Of a stretch of 61,373 nucleotides of DNA, positions 26,351 through 35,885 are shown one piece after another (positions within the stretch are counted from its first letter, which is position 1; each line of letters starts with the position of its first letter). Under the pieces are notes generated by a model. That model did not search any database, was not told where the DNA came from, and saw nothing but the letters and a program-made list of their open reading frames with translations. The stretch is taken from NCBI GenBank assembly GCA_037130055.1, contig JBAXTS010000002.1, positions 1 to 61,373 of the forward strand. The letters run 5' to 3'. The stretch is from a bacterium (lineage in GTDB: Bacteria; Patescibacteriota; Minisyncoccia; Phycocordibacterales; UBA9973). Position numbers and translations under genes: made by a program.

Positions 26351-27322
26351 ATGACTCTAGATTTAGAAGAATTAAAGAAGGATCACAATACGAGCTATTT
26401 GGCTGGTATTTTAGAGCGCTTGAATCGTGAGGAAGCTGAAGTGCGAGAGATGCTTGCAAGTGATGAAAGTTTACATGAGATGGCAGCCAAGGAACTTAAA
26501 TTTATTCAAGAAGAAAGAGATAGAGTAGAAGGGCAGGTTCAAGATATTTTAAATAAGGATAAAGAAGCAGATGAATTTCCAAACGAGATAGTCCTCGAGG
26601 TGCGAGCTGGAGCTGGTGGAGATGAGGCATCTCTCTTTGCTTGGGAGCTGGCGCATATGTATGAGAAGTTCTCGGAAGCAGAAGGCTGGCAATGGAAAGT
26701 AAATTATGAATCAAAGAGTGATTTGAATGGCTACAAAGAAGCTAGTTTTGAAATAAAAGGAAAAGATGTTTTCAAGAAATTAAGATATGAGACAGGGGTG
26801 CATAGAGTGCAACGAATTCCAGCAACAGAAAAGAATGGCCGAGTGCACACATCTACTGCATCTGTCGCAGTATTGCCAATAAGAAAAAAAGTTAATTTTA
26901 TAATAAATCCTGCAGATTTTGATATGGAATATTCTCGTTCAGGTGGTAAGGGTGGACAAAATGTAAATAAAGTTGAGACTGCTGTCCGTATTATTCACAT
27001 ACCTACTGGGCTCGATGTCCGTTCTACTAACGAAAGAAGTCAGCTTGCAAACCGTGAGAAAGCGATGATGATTTTGACTGCGAAACTTCAGCAATTAGAA
27101 GAAGAAAAAGAAGCAGCAAAACATGCTGGTATAAGAAAAGGGCAAATTGGTTCTGGGGACCGCTCAGAAAAAATTCGCACCTATAACTATTCTCAAGACC
27201 GTGTGACCGACCACCGTATCAAAAAATCCTGGCATAATTTACCAAAAATTCTAGAAGGAGGTATCGGTCCTATAATAGATGACATAGAATCTGGCGCAGT
27301 GGGGGACGAAGAAGAAGATTAA
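26351..27322 (+). CDS. prfA: peptide chain release factor 1
   Basis: GGQ motif (SGGKGGQNVNKVETAVR) and the RF1-type PAT tripeptide (QRIPATE). Confidence 0.92.
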   Translation: MTLDLEELKKDHNTSYLAGILERLNREEAEVREMLASDESLHEMAAKELKFIQEERDRVEGQVQDILNKDKEADEFPNEIVLEVRAGAGGDEASLFAWELAHMYEKFSEAEGWQWKVNYESKSDLNGYKEASFEIKGKDVFKKLRYETGVHRVQRIPATEKNGRVHTSTASVAVLPIRKKVNFIINPADFDMEYSRSGGKGGQNVNKVETAVRIIHIPTGLDVRSTNERSQLANREKAMMILTAKLQQLEEEKEAAKHAGIRKGQIGSGDRSEKIRTYNYSQDRVTDHRIKKSWHNLPKILEGGIGPIIDDIESGAVGDEEED

Positions 27323-27350
27323 AGACGGAAGCAAGGCTTCCGTCTTTAAT
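27321..27350 (+). terminator. prfA terminator
   Basis: AAGACGGAAGC/GCTTCCGTCTT stem followed by a T-rich tail. Confidence 0.6.
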
Positions 27351-27383
27351 CTTTGGGTCTTATTTTATATTGAATTTTTTTTC

Positions 27384-27412
27384 TTGATATATTATCTTTT
27401 CTAATGTAATCT
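27384..27412 (+). promoter_or_regulatory. weak candidate promoter of islet D (TTGATA-N17-TAATCT)
   Basis: Hexamers read by eye; the match to consensus is only moderate. Confidence 0.3.
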
Positions 27413-27456
27413 TTTGTTGAGCCAGTTCCTGATGTAAACAATCTGGGGGTGACACC

Positions 27457-27684
27457 ATGGCAAAGAGCGCATCTATCGGTCGTTGCTACGGATGTTCGAT
27501 GGAGATAGTTCGGCTCGCATGGAGAGAGAACCGTCGCACTATTGTAATATCATGCCCGAAGTGTGACCGGGAGATAGAGATCGATCTTGAATGCATGATC
27601 GACGCACTAGGAGAAGCAGGACATCCCGACTTTCGCATTCCAAAGGGGAAGATTGCTTCCCAGGAACCAGAAATGGTCTCATGA
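27457..27684 (+). CDS. hypothetical 75-aa zinc-ribbon protein (islet D gene 1)
   Basis: CYGC...CPKC four-cysteine pattern; Shine-Dalgarno GGGGGTG; GC-rich. Confidence 0.6.
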   Translation: MAKSASIGRCYGCSMEIVRLAWRENRRTIVISCPKCDREIEIDLECMIDALGEAGHPDFRIPKGKIASQEPEMVS

Positions 27685-27929
27685 TGAAGGGGGGGTACAA
27701 GATGGAAGACAGTCGTAGGGGTGAGATTGCTGTGTCTATAATCAAGTACCTCATGCGTAAGCATGGGGTAGAGCTGTCTCAGAACAACATGAGACAGATG
27801 GGCATAGTAGCCAAGGAGACCGGCATCCCGGTAGCCGAGATCAGAGAATTTGTCCAGCCGCTCCTCGAGGAGATGCTGGCCGAGTTCTTCTTCAAGCAGC
27901 CCTCCCTTTTCATTCCAGTGAAAAGGTAG
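27681..27929 (+). CDS. hypothetical protein (islet D gene 2; alternative start 27702)
   Basis: ATGA start/stop overlap with gene 1; a G7 run at 27689-27695 could instead serve as the Shine-Dalgarno for ATG 27702; a terminator follows. Confidence 0.55.
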   Translation: MMKGGYKMEDSRRGEIAVSIIKYLMRKHGVELSQNNMRQMGIVAKETGIPVAEIREFVQPLLEEMLAEFFFKQPSLFIPVKR

Positions 27930-27939
27930 GCGACCAAAG

Positions 27940-27983
27940 GGTCGGAACAGGGCAACACGCCCTCTTCCGACCATTTCTTATTT
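27940..27983 (+). terminator. terminator of islet D
   Basis: GGTCGGAA...TTCCGACC stem followed by ATTTCTTATTT. Confidence 0.6.
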
Positions 27984-28047
27984 AATATAAATTATTGTGT
28001 ATCGTTTTGCATTTAGTTTTATATATAGTATTTCCACACACCGATTT

Positions 28048-28076
28048 TTGACTTTCAATAGGTGTTAGGCTATACT
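28048..28076 (+). promoter_or_regulatory. promoter of the RRM protein gene (TTGACT-N17-TATACT)
   Basis: Good hexamers with a 17-nt spacer; leaves a leader of about 85 nt. Confidence 0.55.
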
Positions 28077-28167
28077 TTTAGTGTAGTTTCTCACCTAGCG
28101 AAAAGAGTTTCTACGTTTTATTAAGTAGTTTTTTGTCCTTTTTAGGAAAAAAGGAAGAAGTAATAGT

Positions 28168-28491
28168 ATGGCTACAAAGCTATATGTAGGGGGGCTCCCT
28201 TACAGTACACAAGAGGATGCTCTCAAAGAGCTCTTTGCACAGGCAGGGTCAGTAGTATCCGCTGTGATTATCATGGACAAAATGTCTGGTCGTTCAAAAG
28301 GTTTTGGATTCGTAGAAATGGATAGTGCTGATGCAGCTGCAAAAGCTATCTCTATGTTCAATGAACAAGAATTTGAAGGACGCAAACTTACAGTCAACGA
28401 GGCTAGACCTATGGAAGCTCGCCCACCAAGAACTGGCGGCAATGACCGAGGTGGTTACGGTGGCAATGGAGGTGGACGCCGAGAATACTAA
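28168..28491 (+). CDS. RRM-type glycine-rich RNA-binding protein
   Basis: RNP2 LYVGGL, RNP1 KGFGFVEM, and a C-terminal RGG/GYGG tail. Confidence 0.9.
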   Translation: MATKLYVGGLPYSTQEDALKELFAQAGSVVSAVIIMDKMSGRSKGFGFVEMDSADAAAKAISMFNEQEFEGRKLTVNEARPMEARPPRTGGNDRGGYGGNGGGRREY

Positions 28492-28518
28492 TTTAAATTC
28501 GTATCTCAAAAACAATTG

Positions 28519-28550
28519 CCCTGTCACTCGCGAGTGGTAGGGTTTTTGTT
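28519..28550 (+). terminator. terminator of the RRM protein gene
   Basis: CCCTGTCACTCG/CGAGTGGTAGGG stem followed by TTTTTG. Confidence 0.7.
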
Positions 28551-28603
28551 TGCTCAAATTATTTTTTTCTGTTATATTTCTTATGTTGTTTTAAATAATT
28601 TCT

Positions 28604-28640
28604 GAGCCTGTAGTTAAGTATAGGACGCTACGGGGATGAT
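28604..28640 (+). pseudogene. degenerate copy of the tRNA-Ile 5' half (copy 1)
   Basis: GAGCCTGTAGTTAAGTATAGGACGCT versus the tRNA GAGCGTGTAGTTCAGTGGTAGAACGCT. Confidence 0.5.
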
Positions 28641-28658
28641 ATTGTAAAATATGGTTTC

Positions 28659-28709
28659 GAGCGTGTAGTTCAGTCCCGGCGTGGCCGGATAAAGTCCGAA
28701 CGCTGTTTA
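28659..28709 (+). pseudogene. degenerate copy of the tRNA-Ile 5' half with a GC hairpin replacing the D-loop (copy 2)
   Basis: GAGCGTGTAGTTCAGT, then CCCGGCGTGGCCGGATAAAGTCC, then GAACGCTGT; no anticodon arm or T arm follows. Confidence 0.5.
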
Positions 28710-28744
28710 TGAATCGAGTTGTTATTGTTTAATGTTATTTGTAC

Positions 28745-28816
28745 GAGCGTGTAGTTCAGTGGTAGAACGCTGTCCTGATAAGACAGAGGCCGATGGTTCG
28801 ATCCCATCCACGCTCA
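28745..28816 (+). tRNA. tRNA-Ile (anticodon GAU)
   Basis: Hand-folded: acceptor GAGCGTG/CACGCTC, anticodon loop CTGATAA, T-loop TTCGATC. Confidence 0.9.
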
Positions 28817-28817
28817 C

Positions 28818-29093
28818 ATGGAAAATGACAAACAAAGTTCAAAGAACTCTAGTCCTTGGTGGAAGCCTGGAATGCAGATACTTAGTGAGGTTTCTACGTG
28901 GATAGTTGTACCTATTGTGCTAGCGCTAATATTTGGTAAGATGCTAGATATACGCTTTGGAACAAAGCCTGTTATTTTTCTTTGTTTTGCTGTATTTGGG
29001 TTTCTGGTGACTTGTTTTGGAATTTATAGAACAACAAAATCTTATATAAAGAAATTACAGGAGGGAGAGAATAAGAATACAAATAGAAATTAA
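28818..29093 (+). CDS. AtpZ/AtpI-like small membrane protein preceding atpB
   Basis: 91 aa with two hydrophobic helices; lies at the head of the atp operon; the ATG is 2 nt after the tRNA-Ile end. Confidence 0.6.
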   Translation: MENDKQSSKNSSPWWKPGMQILSEVSTWIVVPIVLALIFGKMLDIRFGTKPVIFLCFAVFGFLVTCFGIYRTTKSYIKKLQEGENKNTNRN

Positions 29094-29104
29094 TATTTAA
29101 TAAT

Positions 29105-30010
29105 ATGGCTACACAAACAGAAAAGGAAATAGTAAAAGAATTAACTACTCTGGATGGGGCTGCGCCAACCGGTGAAATCTCCCACGAAGTTACATTGTTT
29201 GCCGAGCCAGTTTATCATTTTGAAAATTTTACTCTTACAAATGCACTATTTACTAGTTATATAGTTGTTGCAGTAATTATAATTTTAGCAATAGCGATAC
29301 GAACAAAACTCAAAGAAATTCCTGGAAAGTTGCAGAATACATTTGAAATAGTAATAGAGGAAGGACTCAGTCTTTGTGATCAAGTAACAAACAACAGAGC
29401 CCTCTCCATGAAAATTTTCCCAATAGCTATTTCTGTTTTTTTCTTTATTTTAATAAATAATTGGTTTGGCATTTTGCCTTTAGGGGGTTTTGGTCTTGTA
29501 GAACAAGGTGAACATGGGTTGGCGTTTATCCCATTTATTCGCGGAGGTACTGCTGACATTAATACAACTATTGCCCTTGCTGCTATGGCTGTTCTGGGGG
29601 CAAATCTTTTCGGTGTGTTTTCCATAGGTTTATGGAAAACTTTTAATAAATATGTTAATCTAAAAGTGCTCGGAGGAATATTTACCAAAATTCGTCATGA
29701 GCCAACGACTATAATCGTTGCACCTATTACGTTCTTTGTTGGTTTGATTGAAATTGTCGGTGAATTCGCAAAGGTTGCTTCGCTTTCCTTCCGTCTTTTT
29801 GGAAACGTTTTTGCTGGAGAAGTTCTCTTGGCATCTATGGCAGCTTTGGTCGCATATGTAGTTCCTATTCCGTTTCTTTTCTTAGAATTATTGGTAGGAG
29901 TCATTCAGGCCCTGATCTTTTCAATCTTGCTTGTTGTTTACTTCACGATAGGAGCGACAGATCATGACGAGCACGAGGAACACCATGAACATGAAAGTCT
30001 GGGGGGTTGA
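29105..30010 (+). CDS. atpB: F0 ATP synthase subunit a
   Basis: Polytopic protein with the conserved LSFRLFGN motif; His/Glu-rich C-terminal tail. Confidence 0.93.
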   Translation: MATQTEKEIVKELTTLDGAAPTGEISHEVTLFAEPVYHFENFTLTNALFTSYIVVAVIIILAIAIRTKLKEIPGKLQNTFEIVIEEGLSLCDQVTNNRALSMKIFPIAISVFFFILINNWFGILPLGGFGLVEQGEHGLAFIPFIRGGTADINTTIALAAMAVLGANLFGVFSIGLWKTFNKYVNLKVLGGIFTKIRHEPTTIIVAPITFFVGLIEIVGEFAKVASLSFRLFGNVFAGEVLLASMAALVAYVVPIPFLFLELLVGVIQALIFSILLVVYFTIGATDHDEHEEHHEHESLGG

Positions 30011-30061
30011 GTTTTCTGCCAAAGGCAAATCAGCCTAGGGCTGAAAATTATTAAAAATTAG

Positions 30062-30304
<243 letters not shown>

Positions 30305-30315
30305 CCATTTTAATT

Positions 30316-30406
30316 CCGCCTCTCCTTCACAAGGAGAGGGTTGGGGTGAGGTGAATTATAATTAAGCACCCCCTCTCATTCTCCCCCTTGTTAAGGGGGA
30401 GAGGAA
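30316..30406. repeat. two inverted copies of the GC-rich palindromic G-element (G1a 30316-30352, G1b 30367-30406)
   Basis: CCTCTCCTTcacAAGGAGAGGgtTGGGGTGAGG, and the reverse-oriented CTCCCCCTTgttAAGGGGGAG with flanking CACCCCCTCTC. Confidence 0.8.
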
Positions 30407-30426
30407 TAAATACAAATATAAACCCC

Positions 30427-30918
30427 ATGGAATCAATTATTTCTACATTTCACATAGACTGGAAAATTATTATTGCTCAAGCAATCAACTTTGGTGTTGT
30501 GTTTGTTGTCTTGTATATCTTTGCTCTCAAACCACTTTCTAAGTTAATGGCAGAGCGAAGTGAAAAGATAGCAAAAGGAATTGATGATGCCAAAGCAAAT
30601 GCGCTTATTTTGGAGAAGACACACGTAGAGTATGAAAGTGCTCTTCTCAAAGCTAAAAATGAAGCTAATAAAATTTTTCAGGAAAGTAAAAAGGAAGCAG
30701 AAAATACAAAAGTATTAATGCTCGAAGACACAAAGAAGGAAGTAGCTAAAACAATCGAAAATGGCAAGAAAATTTTAGAGGCAGAAAAAGTTAAAATGGT
30801 TGAAGAAGCAAAGAAGGAAATAGTTGATCTTACGATGAAGGCAACAGAAAAATTACTTGGTGGCAAGGTAAATGAATCATATAATGAAAAAACTGCCAAA
30901 GAGTTAGGTAATATATAG
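30427..30918 (+). CDS. atpF: F0 ATP synthase subunit b
   Basis: N-terminal transmembrane helix plus a long charged helix. Start set at ATG 30427, because the track start 30388 lies inside the repeat. Confidence 0.85.
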   Translation: MESIISTFHIDWKIIIAQAINFGVVFVVLYIFALKPLSKLMAERSEKIAKGIDDAKANALILEKTHVEYESALLKAKNEANKIFQESKKEAENTKVLMLEDTKKEVAKTIENGKKILEAEKVKMVEEAKKEIVDLTMKATEKLLGGKVNESYNEKTAKELGNI

Positions 30919-30930
30919 TATTTTTTACAA

Positions 30931-31341
30931 ATGGCAACATTAACAAACAATGACATAGCTCGAGCAATATATTTGTCATCAAAGGACAAAAACCACGTCG
31001 AGCAGTCTATATTTTTTAAAAGAGTAATTCAATTTTTAGATCGAAAGCGATTGCTGTCAAAAACAAAAGACATACTTTTTAGTTTAGATAAAATTATAAA
31101 TGAAGAAGAAGGCAGGGTAGTAGCCAGGGTAACGAGCAAGGGAGAATTAAGCGAGAAGATAAAGAAAGAACTCGAGCACATACTAGCAAAACGTTACGGA
31201 GCAAAAGAGATAAGTATAGTTTCAAATTTTGATGAAAAATTATTAGGGGGATTCAAGATAGAGGTAAATGATGAAGTTATAGATTTAACACTTAAAAATA
31301 AAATTGAGAAATTACAAGAATATTTAACAAAGAGTATATGA
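30931..31341 (+). CDS. atpH: F1 ATP synthase subunit delta (short form)
   Basis: Lies between atpF and atpA; C-terminal [15 protein letters not shown] pattern. Confidence 0.72.
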   Translation: MATLTNNDIARAIYLSSKDKNHVEQSIFFKRVIQFLDRKRLLSKTKDILFSLDKIINEEEGRVVARVTSKGELSEKIKKELEHILAKRYGAKEISIVSNFDEKLLGGFKIEVNDEVIDLTLKNKIEKLQEYLTKSI

Positions 31342-32837
31342 GCACAAACCACATAGTAGAAAATTTAAAAAAAGAAATAGAGAATTTTTCAGCTCAGATT
31401 AAAGTTGAAAAGGTGGGCAAGGTTTTGGAAGTTTTTGACGGTATTGCAAAAGTTTCAGGACTTTCTGATATCAAATCTTCCGAAATGGTTACTTTCCCCG
31501 GAGGAGAAACTGGTGTGGCTCTAAACCTCGAAGAAGATACTGTGGGTGTTATTATTCTTGGAGATTTTTCCAAAGTTAAAGAGGGAGATGCAGTTACTGC
31601 AACTGGAAAAATTCTTGAAATTCCTGTTTCTGATACTATTTTAGGTCGTGTTGTTAATGCTATTGGTGTCCCTATTGATGGCAAGGGTGCCCTTAAGGCA
31701 GAAAAAACTTATCCTATCGAGAAAGTTGCTCCCGGAGTTATCACCCGTCTTTCTGTGGATCAGCCACTTTCTACTGGTATCAAGGTTATCGATGCGATTA
31801 TTCCAATAGGCCGCGGGCAGCGTGAGCTTATCATCGGAGACCGCCAAACAGGCAAAACCGCAATAGCAATCGATACTATTCTTAACCAAAAGGGACAAAA
31901 TATGATTTGTGTTTACGTTTCTATTGGTCAAAAGGATTCTAAGCTTAGAAAAATTGAAGCTCGTCTGGAAAACGGTGGAGCGATGGCATACACAGTGATA
32001 GTTTCTGCGGGAGCATCCGAGGCAGCTTCTCTTTCTTATATTGCACCTTATACCGGAGTATCTATTGCAGAATATTTTATGGATCAAGGAAAAGACGTTT
32101 TGATTATTTATGATGACCTTTCCAAACACGCTGTAGCGTATCGTGAAATTTCTCTTCTGTTGCGTCGTCCTCCGGGCCGTGAGGCTTATCCTGGCGACGT
32201 TTTCTATTTGCACTCTCGTTTACTCGAACGCGCTTGCCGAAGAAATACACAATACGGCGGAGGTTCAATAACAGCATTGCCTATTATTGAAACTCAAGCA
32301 GGCGACGTGTCCGCTTATATTCCAACGAACGTTATTTCTATTACAGATGGACAGATTTTCTTGGAAACAGATTTATTTTACAAAGGTATTCGTCCAGCAG
32401 TAAACGTCGGCCTTTCTGTCTCTCGTGTCGGTGCTACTGCTCAGATCAAGGCTATGAAGAAAGTCGCAGGTACTTTGAAACTTGACCTGGCCCAATTCCG
32501 TGAGCTTGAGGCTTTTGCTCAATTCGGTTCTGACCTTGATGATGCTACCAAGCGTCAGCTAGAACGTGGTAAAAGAGCTATTGAAGTTTTGAAGCAGTTG
32601 CAATACGCTCCGGTAAAGATTGAGCATCAGGTTGTTACTCTTTATGCACTTACAAAAGGTTTTATGGATGATGTTGCAATAGATAGAATCAAGGAGTTTG
32701 AGCAAGGACTTATAGAATATATTGAACGCAATGCAAAGGTTTTTTACAAACAAGTTGCTGAGAAAAAAATGTGGGATGAGAAAGGGGAGGAGGAATTAAA
32801 AAAAGTGCTGGAAGATTTTAAAAAGAATTTTAGCTAG
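31338..32837 (+). CDS. atpA: F1 ATP synthase subunit alpha
   Basis: Walker A GDRQTGKT; alpha-type signature region. Confidence 0.97.
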   Translation: MSTNHIVENLKKEIENFSAQIKVEKVGKVLEVFDGIAKVSGLSDIKSSEMVTFPGGETGVALNLEEDTVGVIILGDFSKVKEGDAVTATGKILEIPVSDTILGRVVNAIGVPIDGKGALKAEKTYPIEKVAPGVITRLSVDQPLSTGIKVIDAIIPIGRGQRELIIGDRQTGKTAIAIDTILNQKGQNMICVYVSIGQKDSKLRKIEARLENGGAMAYTVIVSAGASEAASLSYIAPYTGVSIAEYFMDQGKDVLIIYDDLSKHAVAYREISLLLRRPPGREAYPGDVFYLHSRLLERACRRNTQYGGGSITALPIIETQAGDVSAYIPTNVISITDGQIFLETDLFYKGIRPAVNVGLSVSRVGATAQIKAMKKVAGTLKLDLAQFRELEAFAQFGSDLDDATKRQLERGKRAIEVLKQLQYAPVKIEHQVVTLYALTKGFMDDVAIDRIKEFEQGLIEYIERNAKVFYKQVAEKKMWDEKGEEELKKVLEDFKKNFS

Positions 32838-32865
32838 AACCTAGAAGCTATAACCTAGAACCTAA
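32831..32865. repeat. degenerate heptanucleotide tandem repeat (AACCTAG-like, about 5 units)
   Basis: TAGCTAG AACCTAG AAGCTAT AACCTAG AACCTAA; ends 5 nt before the atpG ATG. Confidence 0.8.
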
Positions 32866-32870
32866 TTATT

Positions 32871-33794
32871 ATGGCCGGAACCAAAGAAATTAAAAGAAGA
32901 ATAAAAAGCGTAAAGAATACAAAGAAAATCACAAAAGCGATGGAGCTTGTTTCTGCTTCCAAAATGAAGCGCGCTGTTTCTTCCACCTTGGCTTCTCGCC
33001 TATATGCTGGCTACTCTTGGGAGATACTTACATCTATAGCAAAAAATTTAGATGAATCTACTCATCCACTTTTTATTCAGCGTGACAAGAAGGGTGGGAA
33101 GGAAAATATTTTAGTTGTTTTAATTACTTCAAATCGTGGTCTGTGTGGAGCATATAATGCCCAGGTTATCAAAAGGGTGATTTCTTTACTCAAAACAACA
33201 AATGAAAATATTAATTTCGATTTTATTACAGTTGGGAAAAAGGGCGATGTTGCAATTAGACGTTTAGACAAAAATGTTATTGCAAGTTTCACGGATCTAC
33301 CAGACAATATATCTCTTTCAGACATACTTCCAATATCAAAATTATTGATTGATGAATATAGTGCGGAGCGTTATGATAAGGTTTTAATAGCTTACACCGA
33401 TTTTATTTCGGCTTTAACTCAAAAGCCAAATATTAAACAAGTATTACCAATTTCTAAAACTGATTTAAAGGAATTGATAGAAGAGATTAACCCCACCCTT
33501 CGCCCTCCCCTTAATAAGGGGAGGGTTGGGGAGGGGTCTAGAATAGACTATCTATTCGAAGGAGATTTCAATACACTTATATCATCACTTGCCGAGAAAC
33601 TCACGAGAATGCAAATATACCAGATGCTTCTCGAGTCTAACGCTTCAGAACAATCTTCACGCATGGTAGCCATGAAGAATGCAAGCGAGGCTTCCGGAGA
33701 GATGATTGATGATTTGACGCTAATGTTCAACAAAGCAAGGCAGGCAAACATTACGAGAGAGATATCAGAAATAAGTGCGGGAATGGCGTCGGTC

Positions 33795-33800
<6 letters not shown>
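32871..33800 (+). CDS. atpG: F1 ATP synthase subunit gamma (with an in-frame repeat insertion)
   Basis: N-terminal IKRRIKSVKNTKKITKAMELVSASK and C-terminal ITREISEI pattern. Confidence 0.93.
33491..33536 (+). repeat. G-element copy inside the atpG coding sequence
   Basis: CCCTCCCCTTaatAAGGGGAGGGttGGGGAGGGG, translated in frame as ...PTLRPPLNKGRVGEG... Confidence 0.8.
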
Positions 33801-35243
<1,443 letters not shown>

Positions 35244-35255
35244 TTTTTTGAAATA

Positions 35256-35380
35256 GTTCTTAAGAAAAGCCTTTCGCAGGAGCTTAGAAAATTAATGAGG
35301 TATTCCGATTATAATTTTCTTGAGCGACGAGAAGTTCGCTAGCAAAGCTTTGCTAGATAGATTGCTTTTTGAGAGAAGCT
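35256..35380 (-). repeat. R-element copy 2
   Basis: Its reverse complement aligns with 26192-26320; the side hairpin CTAGCAAAGCTTTGCTAG covaries with CTGGCAAAGCTTTGCCAG. Confidence 0.8.
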
Positions 35381-35407
35381 ATTTTAAAAAACTAAGCAAA
35401 TAAATTT

Positions 35408-35857
35408 ATGTCAACAAAACAATTAAAACTTAAAATAGTCACACCGGAGCGATTAGTCTTGGAAGAGATGGTTGACCAAGTGAGTCTGCCGACTACTCTT
35501 GGAGAGATTACTGTGTTGCCAGAGCATGTTCCATTAATAACTGGGCTCGCGTCTGGTGATGTTGTTGCCTTAGTAAATGGTGAACATGTGCCGATGGCTG
35601 TAGTCGGTGGTTTCGTAGAAGTAAGACAGAATGAAAAAGGGGAAACAGAAGTGGCTGTATTGGCAGATTTTGCAGAACATCTCTTAGAGCTTTCTGATGA
35701 AAAGATTGAGAAAGCAAAAGCTCGCTCAGAAGAATTGAAGAAATTGATGGAAAATAAAGAACACGTGGACTTTGAACATTTCGAAGCGGAACTCGAACGC
35801 TCCCTCACTCGAGTGAAGATTGCAGATAAGTGGCGAGTTAGAAAATATAGAAAATAA
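35408..35857 (+). CDS. atpC: F1 ATP synthase subunit epsilon
   Basis: L(K)IVTPE... N-terminal beta-sandwich pattern; last gene of the atp operon. Confidence 0.9.
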   Translation: MSTKQLKLKIVTPERLVLEEMVDQVSLPTTLGEITVLPEHVPLITGLASGDVVALVNGEHVPMAVVGGFVEVRQNEKGETEVAVLADFAEHLLELSDEKIEKAKARSEELKKLMENKEHVDFEHFEAELERSLTRVKIADKWRVRKYRK

Positions 35858-35885
35858 TACGTTCGACAAGCTCAGTATAAAAATT

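Noticed and set aside
27486-27974. 162-aa minus-strand ORF covering all of islet D
   Set aside because: Long ORFs in several frames are expected in GC-rich DNA. This one has no Shine-Dalgarno or promoter and runs through the plus-strand terminator. It is antisense to two ORFs that do have start-site signals and ATGA coupling.
28659-28740. Intron-containing or unusual functional tRNA
   Set aside because: Only the acceptor 5' strand and the D-stem are present. No anticodon stem, T-arm or matching 3' acceptor strand follows.
30388-30426. TTG-initiated N-terminal extension of atpF (MLRGRGINTNINP)
   Set aside because: The extension is encoded by the G1b palindromic repeat. The hydrophobic AtpF N-terminus begins at ATG 30427.
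31641-32213. 190-aa minus-strand ORF inside atpA. Similar long antisense ORFs occur at 6509-6886, 10145-10573, 35392-35808, 42757-43209, 57982-58533 and 58830-59321
   Set aside because: These are shadow ORFs opposite well-supported conserved genes. Their sequences are low-complexity and match no family.
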